A stretch of 55,592 nucleotides of DNA, the filler included, from Jimgerdemannia flammicorona (lineage: Eukaryota): the NCBI GenBank assembly GCA_003990765.1. It is 3 parts of 3 records of this genome, joined end to end, with 100 filler letters (N's around TTAATTAATTAA, not from the genome) between each part and the next. Parts side by side here need not be neighbours in the genome. Positions count along the whole stretch, not along the records: positions 1 to 18,470 come from RBNJ01002206.1; 2 more parts are not named here. One strand, 5' to 3'. A program made the position numbers and the translations under genes. Within the stretch, counting starts at the first letter, position 1. Every line of letters starts with the position of its first letter. The notes under the pieces were generated by a model. The model had not been told where the DNA came from. It was given only the letters and a program-made list of their open reading frames with translations, and made no database searches. This document shows positions 1 to 13,804 of this stretch, one piece after another.

Positions 1-13
1 AAAAAAAAAAAAA

Positions 14-793
14 GTGATCCTTGTTTCCATTTCACAGCAGTAGAGAATATAATGATAAGGATCACTGGTACCCAGGTTGATACTAGGAGTCCTTCTTGAG
101 TGGGTCCTCATGGCTCTTCTGATATCTTGGAATATTCTTTCTTCGGCTGAGATGCCTCAGTGGTTCCTTGATCTTGAGATTTGGTGGGCAGCAGGCATTT
201 CATTTATAGTGAGTCTTTGAGCTATTTTGGAATTGGTAGGTCTTGTAGGTTACTGTTACTGCAGTTCCTTGATCCTTCTTTTATATTCCTCAAGATGCTT
301 GTACTGTGATCACAATGACTCACAGTTGGTCATCATTGCTCATCTTGTATGCCATATGATCTTCTTGTACTCTGATCTGGTGGCTTGTAAGGAAAGACTA
401 TCTCCTGTGCTGATGTCATCATTCTGGGGTTACTATTATATCTTCCTCCTGAATAAGGATCTTCTCAAGCATTCTTATTCATTAGTCCAGTCCTGAAAAA
501 TTTGCTGACCCCATAACCTCTGGAAAGGGGTTGAAAAGTGGTATTTATGGGCTGGCATCTTCTCTTTGTATTTTGGTGTGATGGTGAAGAGTTGCTCCCT
601 TCATATAGAGCAAGGGCCTAATTCTGATCTTGACCAATTAGTTGGTAGTTCAAACTCCTCTAGCTTTGAAAGTCTCATGGATGAGTAGTTGCTAGTGCCA
701 TATCTCTTAGAGAATGGTCTAGACTGATAGCTTGCTGGTTATAGGACATGCTATTATGATTCATGGACTAGAACCTTGTGGGTGGTCCTCACA
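14..793 (-). repeat. Probable 3' LTR (partial) of family G
   Basis: On the minus strand a purine-rich tract (AAGAGAAGCAAAA) follows the pol stop, then TGTGAGG starts at 793. A TATA-like CATAAATACC lies near 540-549. No second copy is available to confirm. Confidence 0.4.
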
Positions 794-804
794 TTTTGCT
801 TCTC

Positions 805-3263
805 TTATATAGGTTTGTGGTACTTCTTGAGTCTGTTCCTATATACCATGGTAGGCAGTATAGTCCCTGAGATTTTTTTAAGCCAGAAGGTAGTTTCCTT
901 GATATCTTGAACATAGAAGGGTTCTTCCAATTTGGGCTCCAGTTTTCATGACCATGAGGCTTCTACTATATTTTGATACAGTAGGACCTTTTCTCTGATT
1001 TGGATGAGTTCTAGAGTCTTGTGATTATTTTCTGCATTCTTTCTTATCAGTACTTATAACTTGATAATATAATCTTCAGCCTTCTTTCTGATTTGGTATA
1101 GCCTCTATATTTCTGCATCAACCTATCTCTAAGTGAGGTCTAGATTTGTGGCTGAGATTCCATCAGAATCTTCTTCTCCAAAGAGTAGTTCCCTTGGGGT
1201 AAAGTGTATACTCTATGACCATATGTCTGTAGGACAGAGAGGGTAGTTGGGAGATAGCTATCCCAATTCTCATATATCTCTGAGATCTTTGCCAGAATGT
1301 TCTTGAGGGTCTTATTAGTTCTCTCTGTCTGTCCATTTTCTTGAGGGTAGTATGTGGTGGTCTTGATGTGCTGGATCTTGTATTTCTGATATATTATCTC
1401 ATGGAATCTATTGACAAATTCTGTGCTGCAGTCTGTTGTGATTTGCTTCAGTGTCTTATAGCAGCAGATGATTTCTCAGTGCAGGAAGTCGGCTATAGAG
1501 AGGGCATTAGCTTCTGATAATGCTCCTGCCTCTATCTATTTGGTGAAGAGGTCTACAATAACTATAATATAGCAGTTTCCTGATAGTATTACTAGTAGTA
1601 GCCCAATGATATCCATTGCAATGTAGTGGAAGGGGATAGGCTCAATTCTTGATGACATGAGTGCCTGGTCTTGCTAATCTTGTTTCTGTTTTTAGCATTT
1701 GTCACACCCTTTGACAAATTGGCACAGGTCTTCTTCCATCTTAGACCACCACACGGTTCTTCTTGCCTTGTCGTATATATTGGTTCCTTCTAGGTATCCT
1801 TGCTCATGTACTTCCTTCATTACTTGATACTTCTTGTATTCAGGTATTACTAGCTTTCCTTCTTTTCTGAGTATAGTGTTGTCTAGTTCAAACTGTTTCT
1901 AAGTCTGGTTGATAATAGTGATTGTCCAGGGTTCGAGGTGGTTGGGCATTTTCCACTGCCCAAAGTAGCTGATTAATCCATAGTATAGCTCCTTATTCAT
2001 GTTGAATAGTCTTGATTGGGGTGTTTTAGGGTATCCTTGAGAGTGTATCAGCATTGGTGTTGGTTCTTCCTGAGCAGTGCTTGACAGTACAGTTATACTC
2101 TTGCAGTCTGTAGATCCATCTGGCATATATTTCTTTGGAGTTCAGAGTGTGGAATAGTCAGGCAAGAGCAGAATGGTCTGTTTGAATGGTGAAGTATTTC
2201 CTGGCTAGGTAGTAGTAGAACTTGTCTACTGCCCAAACTACTGCTAAGCATTTGAGCTTGCATAACTCATAGTTCTGTTCTGCTCTGCAGGTACCTTGGC
2301 TTACATAAGAGATGATATATTCATGTCCATTTTTCTTCTGAGCTAGGACTGCTCCAAGTCCTATAATACTTACATCTGTCTGCAGGATGAATTCTAGGTT
2401 CTAATCTGATCTTCTGAGGATAGGTACTTGGGTCAATCTAGTCTTAAGTTTATTGAAGATTTCTTGGCATTTCTTGGTCCATTCGAATTTGGTCTCCTTT
2501 TTCAGTAGCTTGTAGATAGGTGCTACAATGTTAGAGTATTCTTTGATGAACCTTCTGTAGTAGCTGATCAGTCCAAGGAAGGCATAGACTTCTGTAGTTG
2601 TTCTGGGTCTCAGGTAGGCTACAATAGCCTCAATCTTCATGGGGTCTGTGTGAATTCTGGTCTGGTTGATGAGGTGTCCTAGATAGGTGATTTCCTGAGC
2701 TGCAAACTTGCATTTATTGGGCTTTATGTAAAGACCATACTCCTTGAGCTTCTTGAGGGGTGGCTGTATATGATTGACATGTTCCTGTGTAGTGTTGCTG
2801 AATATGATCACATCATCAACATAGACAAAGAGCCATTTTCCAATCTCATTGCTGAAGACTCTGTTCATCATTCACTGAAAACTTGCTGGGGCATTGCACA
2901 TTCCAAATGGCATTTGCAGGTAGATATAGGTGGCATCAGATATGATGAAGGCTGATTTCTCACTGGCATCTTGAGTGAGACCAATCTGATGGAAGCCTGA
3001 GAACAGATCCAAGGTAGTGTAGTATTTGGCTTCACTTCCAAGGGTGGTAAGGATTTCTTAAATATTTGGCAAGAGCTGCCTATCCTTCTTAGTGATGGTA
3101 TTGAGCTTCCTGTAGACAATGCAGAGTTTTGGCACAAACTCTCCAGGCTTGCTTCCTTTCTTTGGAGCAAGGACAATGGGTGAGACCCATGGGCTAATAG
3201 CTTGCTTGATGATTCCAGCTTCTTCCATTTCCTTGAGTTCTGCTTACAACCATTCTCTATAGA
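805..3263 (-). mobile_element. pol: Degenerate Ty3/gypsy pol (RT, RNase H, integrase; no chromodomain seen), family G; its 5' part is cut off by element A at 3263/3264
   Basis: ORF 2401..2871 has RT motifs LFVYVDDVIIF, KCKF, YLGH and FLGLISYYRRFI. Upstream translation gives SPWVSPIVL..PKK, TLDLFSGFHQI and MPFGMCNAPASFQ. Integrase-like residues continue to RNRLKKYHKPI* at 805. Many in-frame stops. Confidence 0.9.
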
Positions 3264-3553
3264 TATAAGTGTACAACCCCTAAGCTACTGAAATCACACA
3301 TCACCCTCTGAACAAGCCACTGAAATCATATATGACCTCCAAACAAATCTGAAAATCATCTGTAAGATCACAAAGCTGAGTCAAACCAAAGTCACAGTAC
3401 ACAAAGCTGAGTCAACACAAAGTTATAGAACATAAGATTTACATAAATAGAATCTTGCCAATCAGGACTAAATACATATATACTAAGCACCAAGACATGT
3501 CAAAACAGAGAACCAAAACAAACAATAACCACAACTTCTGAACATATACAAAC

Positions 3554-4651
3554 ATGACCACTGAGATCTATAACTGCATCCATACTGACATTTGGAATGC
3601 TATTGTCAACCAAGCCACACCCCCTCTGCCTCTCATGAATATCCATAGTTTAGCACTCCTCTACTTTGTGGAAGCCTGATGGAATGCCCTAAATATGCTT
3701 AGCGAAGTCCACTGAATTGAACAAATCTCAAGTTACTACCAGATGGGCTGTCTTCTAGAAGATATAGTCGAACACCACTATAATATGAATATTACTCAGA
3801 TAATATAACACCAGAAACTCATTGTCTATAAATACTGAGAACTCTTTTATGAGTATAGCACTGTTATCCCCCATCTCTGAGTTATTACTAGCAAAATGGT
3901 TACTATTCTTTCTTACCTCCAAATTGACAACATAATATAAGAATTCAACCACAAGTACCTCAAGTAAATTCAGACCACAGACAGAACCTTCCCATACCCT
4001 GATGACTATATCCTGCGAATACCTCAAGTCAGATACACCATGAAGGATGTCAATGACATAATCCAATTTGATGAAGATAAAGCAGAAGACAATGATCCCT
4101 CTGACACCAACATGACCTCCAGTTAAGAATCTCTGCCAACTCTAATCATACTACCAATCTTACCAATGTACTTACAACAATTCATAACCATCTATGAGAC
4201 CTACTGGGACAATGACCACTGGCATAAATACTAATCTGCATTCATCCTCAATTACTTCAACTACAATGAAGAGACCAGAGAATACAATCTATACCTCCAG
4301 ACAACCCTCAATATCAAACCAACCACTTCACCACTCAAGTATAAGCAATATGAGCCACAGCCACCAGCTTACTACAACCCTATAACTCATAGCACCATAA
4401 CCTATAAAAGATATGCAGACAGTAAATCTAATGAAAGTGAAGATGATATACCCCTCCTTCACCCACTGACACCTTATCCAGCATATGAGACAGATGATAC
4501 TATCCTGTGGGATGGTGATGAAGTTCCAATATATTATTACCTCAGTGAACAAGGAGAAGTAATCTGCGAACCACTCTTCCTAGATGACTACTTCATCAGA
4601 GATGATATCATTGATAGTGATGTCATCAAAGACTACCCAGATAGCATCTAA
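3554..4651 (+). pseudogene. LTR-embedded accessory ORF (365 codons), copy A5'
   Basis: ATG ACC ACT GAG to TAA spans 1098 bp, the same span in all four LTR copies. The stops I checked are sense codons in other copies. Confidence 0.8.
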
Positions 4652-4839
4652 ACCTATAAATAGCTTAGCAGTCATAGTATAGTTAGATTAGCCTTATATG
4701 ACATAACTGTAAACTAACTCAGCAGTCAGATGATCTCTTGACATATCAGATCACACTTGTACTATGTGACCGCATTCTGACTTAGTAAGACACTAAGTGC
4801 TACATCCATATCTAGCCTAGTCTAGATAGCCCCTTACTA

Positions 4840-4852
4840 GTATAAATACCCC
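4840..4852 (+). promoter_or_regulatory. LTR TATA box GTATAAATACCCC
   Basis: Exact motif. It recurs in the other A/B LTRs (13426, 21082-21094, 29428-29440) and in families D and E. Confidence 0.7.
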
Positions 4853-5330
4853 CTCCCCTAGACCTCAGAATCTCAGGCTTGAATACTTGAATAATCTGAA
4901 CACAACTTCTGAACACTTCTCCACAATATCTCTTCACACAACTACTCCTAGTATAACAATATCATGAATAGTGAATAAACCTATTTAATAACCCACAAAC
5001 CACTCTTAAGGAAATCTGCTCCCTGTTAGGTCTCACTCCTAACCCTTTCATGAAATTTCCTAATTAGGTATTGTCTGCAGTAATATGCCAATTCAACTAA
5101 GCTGGTCTTAGTTTCTTGAACTTTCTGAAATACAGAAAATCCTGAATATCCAGAACTAGTCTGAAAAAGAACTTTGGTTGAGACATCAAACTGCAATAAG
5201 CATAGAGGACATACTCTATACAAATTGATCTTAACCTTAAGAAAATAGTCTTCCAGAATATCCAGAACTTCCAGAAAACCCTTTCAGAACTATATAATGG
5301 TTACCCTAAAAAGTAAACTCTCTTATAACT

Positions 5331-5342
5331 TGGTATTAGTGG
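5331..5342 (+). promoter_or_regulatory. Primer binding site (decayed TGGTAGCAGTGG; tRNA-iMet-like)
   Basis: TGGTATTAGTGG lies 3 nt after the LTR end. The intact form is in B (28938-28949) and C (34782-34793). The tRNA identity is inferred from resemblance to eukaryotic iMet 3' ends. Confidence 0.8.
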
Positions 5343-5439
5343 TTTATAATCCAATTCTGCTTTAAGATGCTTCCTCACTCTACTACTAAACCCCTCTGAG
5401 AATTCCTACAAGTTGGTATAAAGCCCAACCTCTGAACTG

Positions 5440-8400
5440 GAATTTATCCTGAACTATCTGACAATCTAGAGAGAATTGAACCTGATGTATAAGGACAATT
5501 TGACCTCCACACCTGCAACAAGTGGGACAAACTTCATTCAAAGAAAGAAGTACTCCAATTAAATCAGAAATAGATAAAACCCTATTCACCAAACTCCTTG
5601 CTCTACACCCAGTAAGTTAAGACAAAGAAGGTCTTATAGAAGCCTTCTTTACTCTTCTCAATAAGAGTTTTGTCAGCTCCACAAATCCAAGTGACCTAGA
5701 ACAACCATCAGCAGACTTTCTAGCCTTAGTTCCTTATGAAGCCCAAGCCTCTGTAGCCAAGTAACTTAACTCTACCAACTTTCACCATACCAGGACCAAG
5801 ACCACATTATACTACCAATTCTAGAACAGCAAGGCCTGCCATATTCTTAAAGAAGAAGTAAGAGAAACTCTTCATCAACAACCTAACCCTGAACCAGTAG
5901 CAGGTCCAGCTATAGCCCTACCTGAATCTAAAACCAATATTGAACCAGAACTTGACTTTGAATTAAGTCCATCCAAAATCAGATATATAACTGATTCTGT
6001 CTACTTTGATGCTGAGCAAACCCAATTTCATGGAGACCAAACTGAAGAGAAGGAGGAGTATCTCAGTGAATTCTATTCCAGATACACCACTAAAGGAGAT
6101 GCACTTCCATCAGGACAGAATATACCTATATAGCAACAGACAGCTATTTATTGAGCCCTCACTCCAGACCCACAACTACTACTCCAGCAACTAATACAGA
6201 CTCAAAGAACCCCATCACACTCTGCACCAGTACCTCAAGTAGTACCAGTAACACCACTACTAGCAGTCCAACCACCTCTAGTAAACAACATGGCAAATCA
6301 ACAGATTCTAGACCTCACAGCCCAGGTAGCTATAATGGCAGCAACCATTACTGCCCTAGCTGAATAGATCCAATCTACCAAAAATCTGAGCCTACCTACC
6401 TTCAATGGTACTGCACAAGAAGTCTAAAGCTTCATTAGTATAGTTGATACTAACTTTGAGGCCAATCAATGGACCAATGAGCAAGTTGCTAACTACCTTC
6501 TGACAAATAATCAAGACCACACTCTGGAACAACTCTTTGCTACCACTACAACCTATGTCCACTGAGTTGTTACATTCTTCTGAGGACCTGCCAAAGAATG
6601 GTGGCAAACCCTTCCTGAAAAACCTCTCATATAGGATACCTGACCTACAGTAGTTACTCAAAATGTAGCAAATAATACCCCAGGATATGGAGTCCATCCT
6701 GCAGCCCCTGGACTTAAACAACTCATAATTGCCCAATATTGCAGTAAAACCATGATTGCCGAATCTTGAGTAAAACTCTGCAACCTCAAATTTAATATAC
6801 ATGGCAAGGAAGAATTTGAAACCTTCTGTACAAAACTTGAGTCACTCCTGAATACTGTTGGCCTAGGATACACTACCAATGATGAAGCACAAAATGGTAC
6901 AAGAGCAGACCATCTATTCAATATACTATCTGAATGACTTATCAGAAAAATCTAAAAACAAGGACACCTAGTTGGTTGTGATCACTAACAATGGTGCCTA
7001 GCAAGAATCAAGACCATGGTCAAGCAAATCCTAACAACTGGACCAATTCTGTCCTGAAGATAATTCAACAACAAGGTAAAGACTTGGACCAAGAAAGAAG
7101 AACCCAAGCATGAAGCATCCTGAGCTCCCTCAACATCCACCTCATAGACACCCAGAAATCATGAACCCACCCAGCCAAGTACCTTCAAGAAACTCACTGA
7201 AGGTGAAAGGAATAAACTTCGAAGAAGCAGAGCATACTTCTATTGCTGAAAGACAGGACACATAGCCAGTGCCTGCCCTAACTGAAAACCCCGAACAGCA
7301 ATATGAGCAACTGTTACTACTCTGCATCACCTCAATAACCTAACTACTAGAACACTGGATTTTATTAAGTTAAGATAAACTGTTAAGGCCCCAACCAAAG
7401 GAAGTCAAAAAGCAACTGGATATGACCTGTATACACCTGAAGAAGCTACAGTTTTCAACCAAGAAGTCAAGCAAGTCTACACAGAAATCAGCATCCAAAT
7501 TCCTGAAGGATATGTTGGAAGAATATGCTATCGCAGTAGCCTAGCATTGAAAGGACTCTCAGTAAAAGGAGAAGTCATTGATGAAGATTACATAGGCGAA
7601 ATTATTGTTCTCATCCGAAACCATAGTTGGACACCTTCAAGATCTCCATAGATTTCTGTATTACCCAGATCCTATTTGAAAAAAATGAGTCAACTCTGAC
7701 AGTCAAGGAAGTCCCTGAACTACTATCTACCATCTAAGGACCCAAAGGATTTGGCTCATCAAACAAGGCCCCAGCACAACCTACTATGAGCAAAGAAGAA
7801 CAATTCTATAAGAAAATTGAAGATGGATATGTACCTAGTGGCTGATGCCCCCATGGCATTGGAATGTACTCTTCCTGAATGATTGATGATTGCTTCTCTG
7901 TGTCAACGAACTGGCCCAAAGATGAACCAACAGAAGAAAAGCTCCTACAACTGAAATCACCACCATTGGATCAGATAAACTGCTTACACTCCAAGCTTTT
8001 ATCAACTGAGCACCTGTCAAGATTATGATAGACAGCAGTGCCTCAGGCAACTTTATTAATGAAGAAACAGCCAACAGACTCAAGGTCTTCACCTCTCCAG
8101 TACAACAAACTCAAGCAGTTGCCACAGCTAATGGAACCTCATATGTCATTAGCAAGGAAGTCCACAATCTACCCTTCTGAATTGGTGACTATCGAGTATA
8201 TATTACCCTCCAAATTGTACCACTTCTTGACAACAAGATCATTCTTGGAACCCCATGGTTAAAACAAGAGAACCCCATGATTAATTGGGTAAACCATTCT
8301 CTGACCATCAAGAAAGGATACCATAACTTCAAACTGCAAGATGAAAAGGACCCACTCAACTCTAGTGACCCTGGACTAAAGATCACACATATCAATAAGC

Positions 8401-11400
8401 TACAACTCAAGAAATTGGCCAAGAAATGCTCTCTCTTTGCCATCTCCATCTGCCCATCCAAAGGAGAACCCAAGAACTCTGAAGAAGACTTTTCCAAAGT
8501 TGACAGCTGTGTCAGATCATTACTCCAGAAATTCCAAGACATATTCCCAAAGAAACTTCTGAAAGGCCTACCTTCAAAATGAGCAGTAGACCATACCATC
8601 AAGACTATTCCAGATGCCAAGCCAGCCTTCAAGTCAATCTACTACATATTTCTGAGAGAAATTGATGTACTTAAGAAAGAAATTGACAAACTCCTAGAAC
8701 AAGGATTCATTAGACCCAGTGTATCACCTTATGGTGCACCAGTCCTCTTTATTGTCAAGAAAGGAGAAGACCTACAAATGTGTATTGATTACTAAGACCT
8801 CAACAAACAGACCATCAAGAACTATTGCCCACTACTCAGAAATGATAAAATATTTGACAGGCTTACCAACTCACAATTCATGAGCTCCTTTGATCTGCAA
8901 AATGGTTACTGGCAAATTGTCATGAAAGAAGAAGATATCTACAAGACAGCCTTCTGAACTCACTATGGACATTTCAAATTCCTAGTTATGCTCTTTGGCT
9001 TAACTAATGCTCCAGCAACCTTCCAGACTCTGATGAATACTATCCTGTATCCATACCTGGACAAATTTATTGTTGTCTATATTGATGACATTCTAGTCTT
9101 CAGTAAAACTCTGGAGGAACATCTGGAACATCCTGAACTAGTACTACTGAAACTTTGAGAAAATCAACTCTTTGTAAAACTCAGTAAATGCAAATTTCTT
9201 CTGAAAGAGATTCAATTCCTTAGATACATTATTATACCAAATAGAATCAAAGTAGACTCCAGCAAAATCTCTGCAATCAAGGAATGGCCCAGACCCAAGA
9301 AGCTGAAAGACCTCCAGTCATTTCTGGGATTAGCAAACTATTACAGGCAATTTGTTGCCAACTTTGCCAAAATTGCCACTGCCCTCACCCAAATGACCAA
9401 GTACAGCAAGAAAGAAGAACAGCCCTGGACCACAAAACAGGAGAAAGACTTCAATAATTTTGTAAATTAGAGAACCAAGCAAGATACCACCTTCCAAGCA
9501 CTGAAGGATGCCTTGATAACCACTCCAGTACTTCAAGTAACAAACCCTGTCCTACCATATGAAATTACTACTGATACCTCTGACCTAGCTCTTGGAGCAG
9601 TGCTCATACAAAAAGGACACCCTGTGACCTATCATTCCCACAAGTTCAATAATGCCAAAATTAATTATACAACTCATGGGAAGAAAATGTTAGCTATTGT
9701 AGATACTCTGATCAAATAGTGACTATACCTAGAAGGAGCACACTTCACTGTATTGACTGATCACAAGTCATTAGTCAACATCAAGACCCAGGCTCCTCTT
9801 TTTCAAAAGCAAGCCAGATGGATGAAAGTCCTCACCAACTTTGACTACAAAATCCAATACCACTCTGGTAAGGAAAATATTGTTGCTGATGCAATCTCCA
9901 GACCACCAATCGAAGAAGTTATTCAAACCCTCACCTTGGTTACAAACTTCATCATAGAACAAATTATCACAGCATATACTAATGATAAGGAAGCTCAAGT
10001 ACTCTAAGAAATCCTGAGCAGTAACAATGCTGATAAGCATATCTGGTACAACCAATAACAACTCAAGGATAATGGCATCTACTACAAGGACAGATTGTAT
10101 GTTTCAAACAACTGAGATCTCTGAAGGACTATTTTATTCAAATGTCATAATACCCCTATAGTCAGACATTTAGGATTTAACAAATGCTATAAAGTTATCT
10201 TCCAGAACTTCTATTGGTCCTGCATGGCAGATCAGCTCAAGACCTACATTAATTCCTGTGATGCCTGCCAATGGAACAAATCCTCAACACTAGCAAAACC
10301 TGGTCTACTCCACCCTATCCCAGTACCATCCACTAATTGAAAACAAATATCTATAGACTTTATTGAACAACTACCCCAAACCAAGAATGGGAAAGATGTA
10401 ATTATTGTCTTTGTGGACTATCTCAGCAAACAAGCCCACTTTGTGCCAACTACTACTACCACAACAGCACCAGACATAGCTATACTCTTGTTTGACAACA
10501 TCTTCCACTATCATGATCTTCCTAAGATCATTGTCAGTAACCAAGACCCAAAATTTACCAGCCATTTTTGGAAAGCCTTCTATGCACACCTTGGAATAAA
10601 ACTTACACTACCTACAGCCTTTCATCCTGAAACTGATAACCAAACTGAAAGAATGAACCAAACTCTGGAATAAATACTAAGAAACTATATTTCCTACAGT
10701 CAAGATGATTGGTATGAATACCTCACTATAGTTGAGTTTGCCTATAATAACAGTAAGCAAGCCTCTCTTGAAATAACCCCATTCTTTGCCAATATAGAAT
10801 AAAATCCAAACACCTCTCAAACACTTATCCAAACTACTGATGAACCCTCCACAGTTGAAGCTAATGAAGAATTCCTGCTCCAAATGCATAATCTAAACCA
10901 GATTGCAATTGAGAACTTATCACAAGCTCAAGAACAACAGTCACAATATATAAACCAATACCACTGAGAAGAAACCTTTAATATTGGAGATAAAGTTCTA
11001 CTAGATATCTGAGGATACTAAGTTGATAACCTCAAGTACAGACTATTTACAAAACTGAACAGCAAATTTATTGGACTATTTGAAGTCATCTCATAAGTCT
11101 CTCTAATCTCTTACAAATTGGTGCTACCAGACACCATTAAGATTTATCCAGTCTTCAATGTTCAATATCTCAAGTGATATAATGAAAATGATGATAAGCT
11201 ATTCTCAAACTGGACTACTGAACCACCTGCACCTGTCATTATTAATGATCAAGAAGAATACAAAGTTGAACAAATCCTCAACAAATGTGGCCACAAGAAC
11301 CACTCTGAGTATCTTATTAAATGGAAAGGTTATCCAATCCATGATATGATCTGGGAACTCAAGACCAATCTCCAGAATACTACTGACTTAGTTCAGGAAT

Positions 11401-11420
11401 ATGATTCTCTGAACAACTAA
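5440..11420 (+). pseudogene. gag-pol: Gag-dUTPase-PR-RT-RNaseH-IN-chromodomain polyprotein of A (disrupted)
   Basis: dUTPase motifs GYDL (~7420) and KGFGSS (~7750), protease IMIDSSA (~8030), RT YIDD (~9080), RNase H TDTSD, integrase DYLSKQAHF, and a chromodomain ending YDSLNN* at 11420. Confidence 0.9.
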
Positions 11421-11835
11421 AACCAAATACTCTGCACCTATCAGTACATACTATATATTACCCTCCCAAACATTATAATTATTATAAACAAAAATCAAGA
11501 ACTCAGCAAGTCAAGACAAAAGAATACCAACCCTCTAGAAAAATAGCAAAACTGAAAGCCAGTCTATTCTCCCTATACTACTGGTGGGAAATGAGGTATA
11601 GATATTTAAGAAAATTCCTTAGAGGAAATTCTCCAGCAGTGAATGACATCAGAATCACTTCCAGTATATGGTATTGAACACATGACCCTTTAATATATGA
11701 ATCCAATGCATTGGGCAACTGTACTATGAGTATGCCACTTTCTGAAAAAATGGACTTTACCAGACTTTTTACCTCCCAAATGGTATAACAATACTAGAAC
11801 AAAATTAGAAGGCCCCTATGAGGATATCGAAAGCT

Positions 11836-11849
11836 AAGAAGGAGAGAGT
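11836..11849 (+). promoter_or_regulatory. Polypurine tract of A
   Basis: AAGAAGGAGAGAGT immediately precedes the TG of the 3' LTR. The B equivalent is AAGAAGGGGAGAGT. Confidence 0.85.
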
Positions 11850-13804
11850 TGTAAGTGCACAACCTCCAAGTCACTGAAATCACATATCACCCTCTGAACA
11901 AGCCACTGAAATCACATGCGAGCTCCAAACAAATCTGGAAATCACCTGCAAGATCACAAAGCTGAGTCAAACCGAAGTCACAGCATATAAAGCTGAGTTA
12001 ATATGAAGTCATAGAACACAAGATTTACATAAATGAGATCTTACTAATCAGGACTAAATATATATATACTGAGTACCAAGACACGTCAAAACAGAGAACA
12101 AAAACAAACAATAACCACAACTTCTGAATATACACAAACATGACCACTGAGATCTATAACTGTATCCATGCTGATATTTGGAATACTATTATCAACTGAG
12201 CCACACCCCCTCTGCTCCTCATGAATATCCATAGTCTAGCACCCCTCTACTTCATGGAAGCCTGATGGAATGCCCTGAATATGCTTAGCGAAGCCCACTG
12301 AATCAGACAAATCTCAAGCTACTACCAGATCGGTTGCCTCCTAAAAGATATAGTCAAACACTACTATGATATGGATATTACTCAGATGTCTCAACACTAG
12401 AAACTCATTGCCTATAAACACCGAGAACTCTTTTATAAGTATAGCACCATTATCCTCCATCTCTAAGTTACTATCAACAAAATGATTGCTACCCTTTCCT
12501 ATAGCCAAATTGATGACATAATACAAGAACTCAACCACAAGTACCTCAAGTACATTCAGACCACAGATAGAACCTTCTGATATCCTGATGACCATATTCT
12601 ACAAATGTCTTAAGTCAGATATACCATGAAGGATGTCTATGACATAATCTAATTCAATAAAGATGAAGCAGAAGATAATGATCCCTCTGACACCAACATG
12701 ACCTCCAGCCAAGAATCTCTGCCAACTCTGATCACACCACCAACCTTACCAATAAACTTACAACAGTTCATAACCACCTATGAGACCTACTGGGACAATG
12801 ATCACTGGCACAAATACCAATCCATGTTCACCCTGGATTACTTCAACTATAATGAAGAGATCAGAGAATATAACCTGTACCTCTAGACAACTCTTGATAT
12901 CAAACCAACCACTCCACTACCTGAGTATGAGCAATATGAGCTACAGCTACCAGCTTACTACAACCCTGCAACTCATAGTACTATAACCTATAGAAGATAT
13001 GCAGATAGCAAATCTAATGAAAGTAAAGATAATGCACTCCTCCTTTACCCACTGACACCTTATCCAGCATATGAGACAGATGATACTATCCTGTGGGATA
13101 GTGATGAAGTTCCAATGTATTATTACCTCAATGAACAAGAAGAAGTAATCTATGAACTACTCTTTCTAGATGACAACTTTATCAGAGATGATGCCATTAA
13201 TGGTGATATCATTAAAGACTACCCAGACAGTGTCTAAACCTATAAATAGCTTAGCAGTCATAGTATAGTTAGATTAGTCTTGTATGATATAACTGTGAAC
13301 TGACTCAGCAGTCAGATGATCTCTTGATATATCAGATCACACTTGTACTATGTAACTGTATTCTAACTCAACAAGGCACTAAGTGCTACATCCATATCTA
13401 GCCTAGTCCAGATAGCCCCTCACTAGTATAAATACTCCCTCCCCCAGACCTTAGAATCTCAGACTTAAACACTTGAACAATCTGAACACAACTCCTGAAC
13501 ACTTCTCCACAATATCCCTTTACATAACTACTCCTAGTATAGTAATATCATAAATAGTAAATAAATCTATTTAATAACCCACAAATCACTCTTAAGTAAA
13601 TCTGCTCTCTGTTAGGTCTCACTCCTAACCCCATCACGAAATTTCCTAATTGGGTATTGTCTGCAGTGATACACCAATTCAATAAAGCTGGTCTTAGTTT
13701 CTTGAACTTCCTGAAATACAGAAAATCCTAAATATCCAGAACTAGTCCAAAAAAGGACTTTGGTTGAGATGTCAATCCAATCTTGAAATCAATAAGTATA
13801 GAGG
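11850..13804 (+). repeat. 3' LTR of A (last ~120 bp missing)
   Basis: Starts TGTAAGTGCACAAC. Similarity to the other copies stops after AATAAGTATAGAGG. Confidence 0.92.
12140..13237 (+). pseudogene. LTR-embedded accessory ORF, copy A3'
   Basis: 1098 bp from ATG to TAA; includes track ORF 12698..12886. Confidence 0.8.

Larger units (their letters stand above)
3264..5327 (+). repeat. 5' LTR of A (2064 bp)
   Basis: Starts TATAAG (decayed TGTAAG) and ends CTTATA (decayed CTTACA). Direct repeat of 11850-13804; reverse complement of 20607-22659 and 28953-31014. Confidence 0.93.
3264..13804 (+). mobile_element. Chromovirus (Ty3/gypsy) copy A: LTR-PBS-gag-dUTPase-PR-RT-RH-IN-chromo-PPT-LTR; 3' LTR truncated
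   Basis: Colinear with element B (reverse complement) along its whole length. Two LTR copies, PBS at 5331, PPT before 11850, and all domain motifs are recognisable despite stops. Confidence 0.95.

Noticed and set aside
3259..3263. TSD for element A
   Set aside because: The 3' LTR is truncated at ~13804 and family G sequence does not resume, so no matching ATAGA can be shown.
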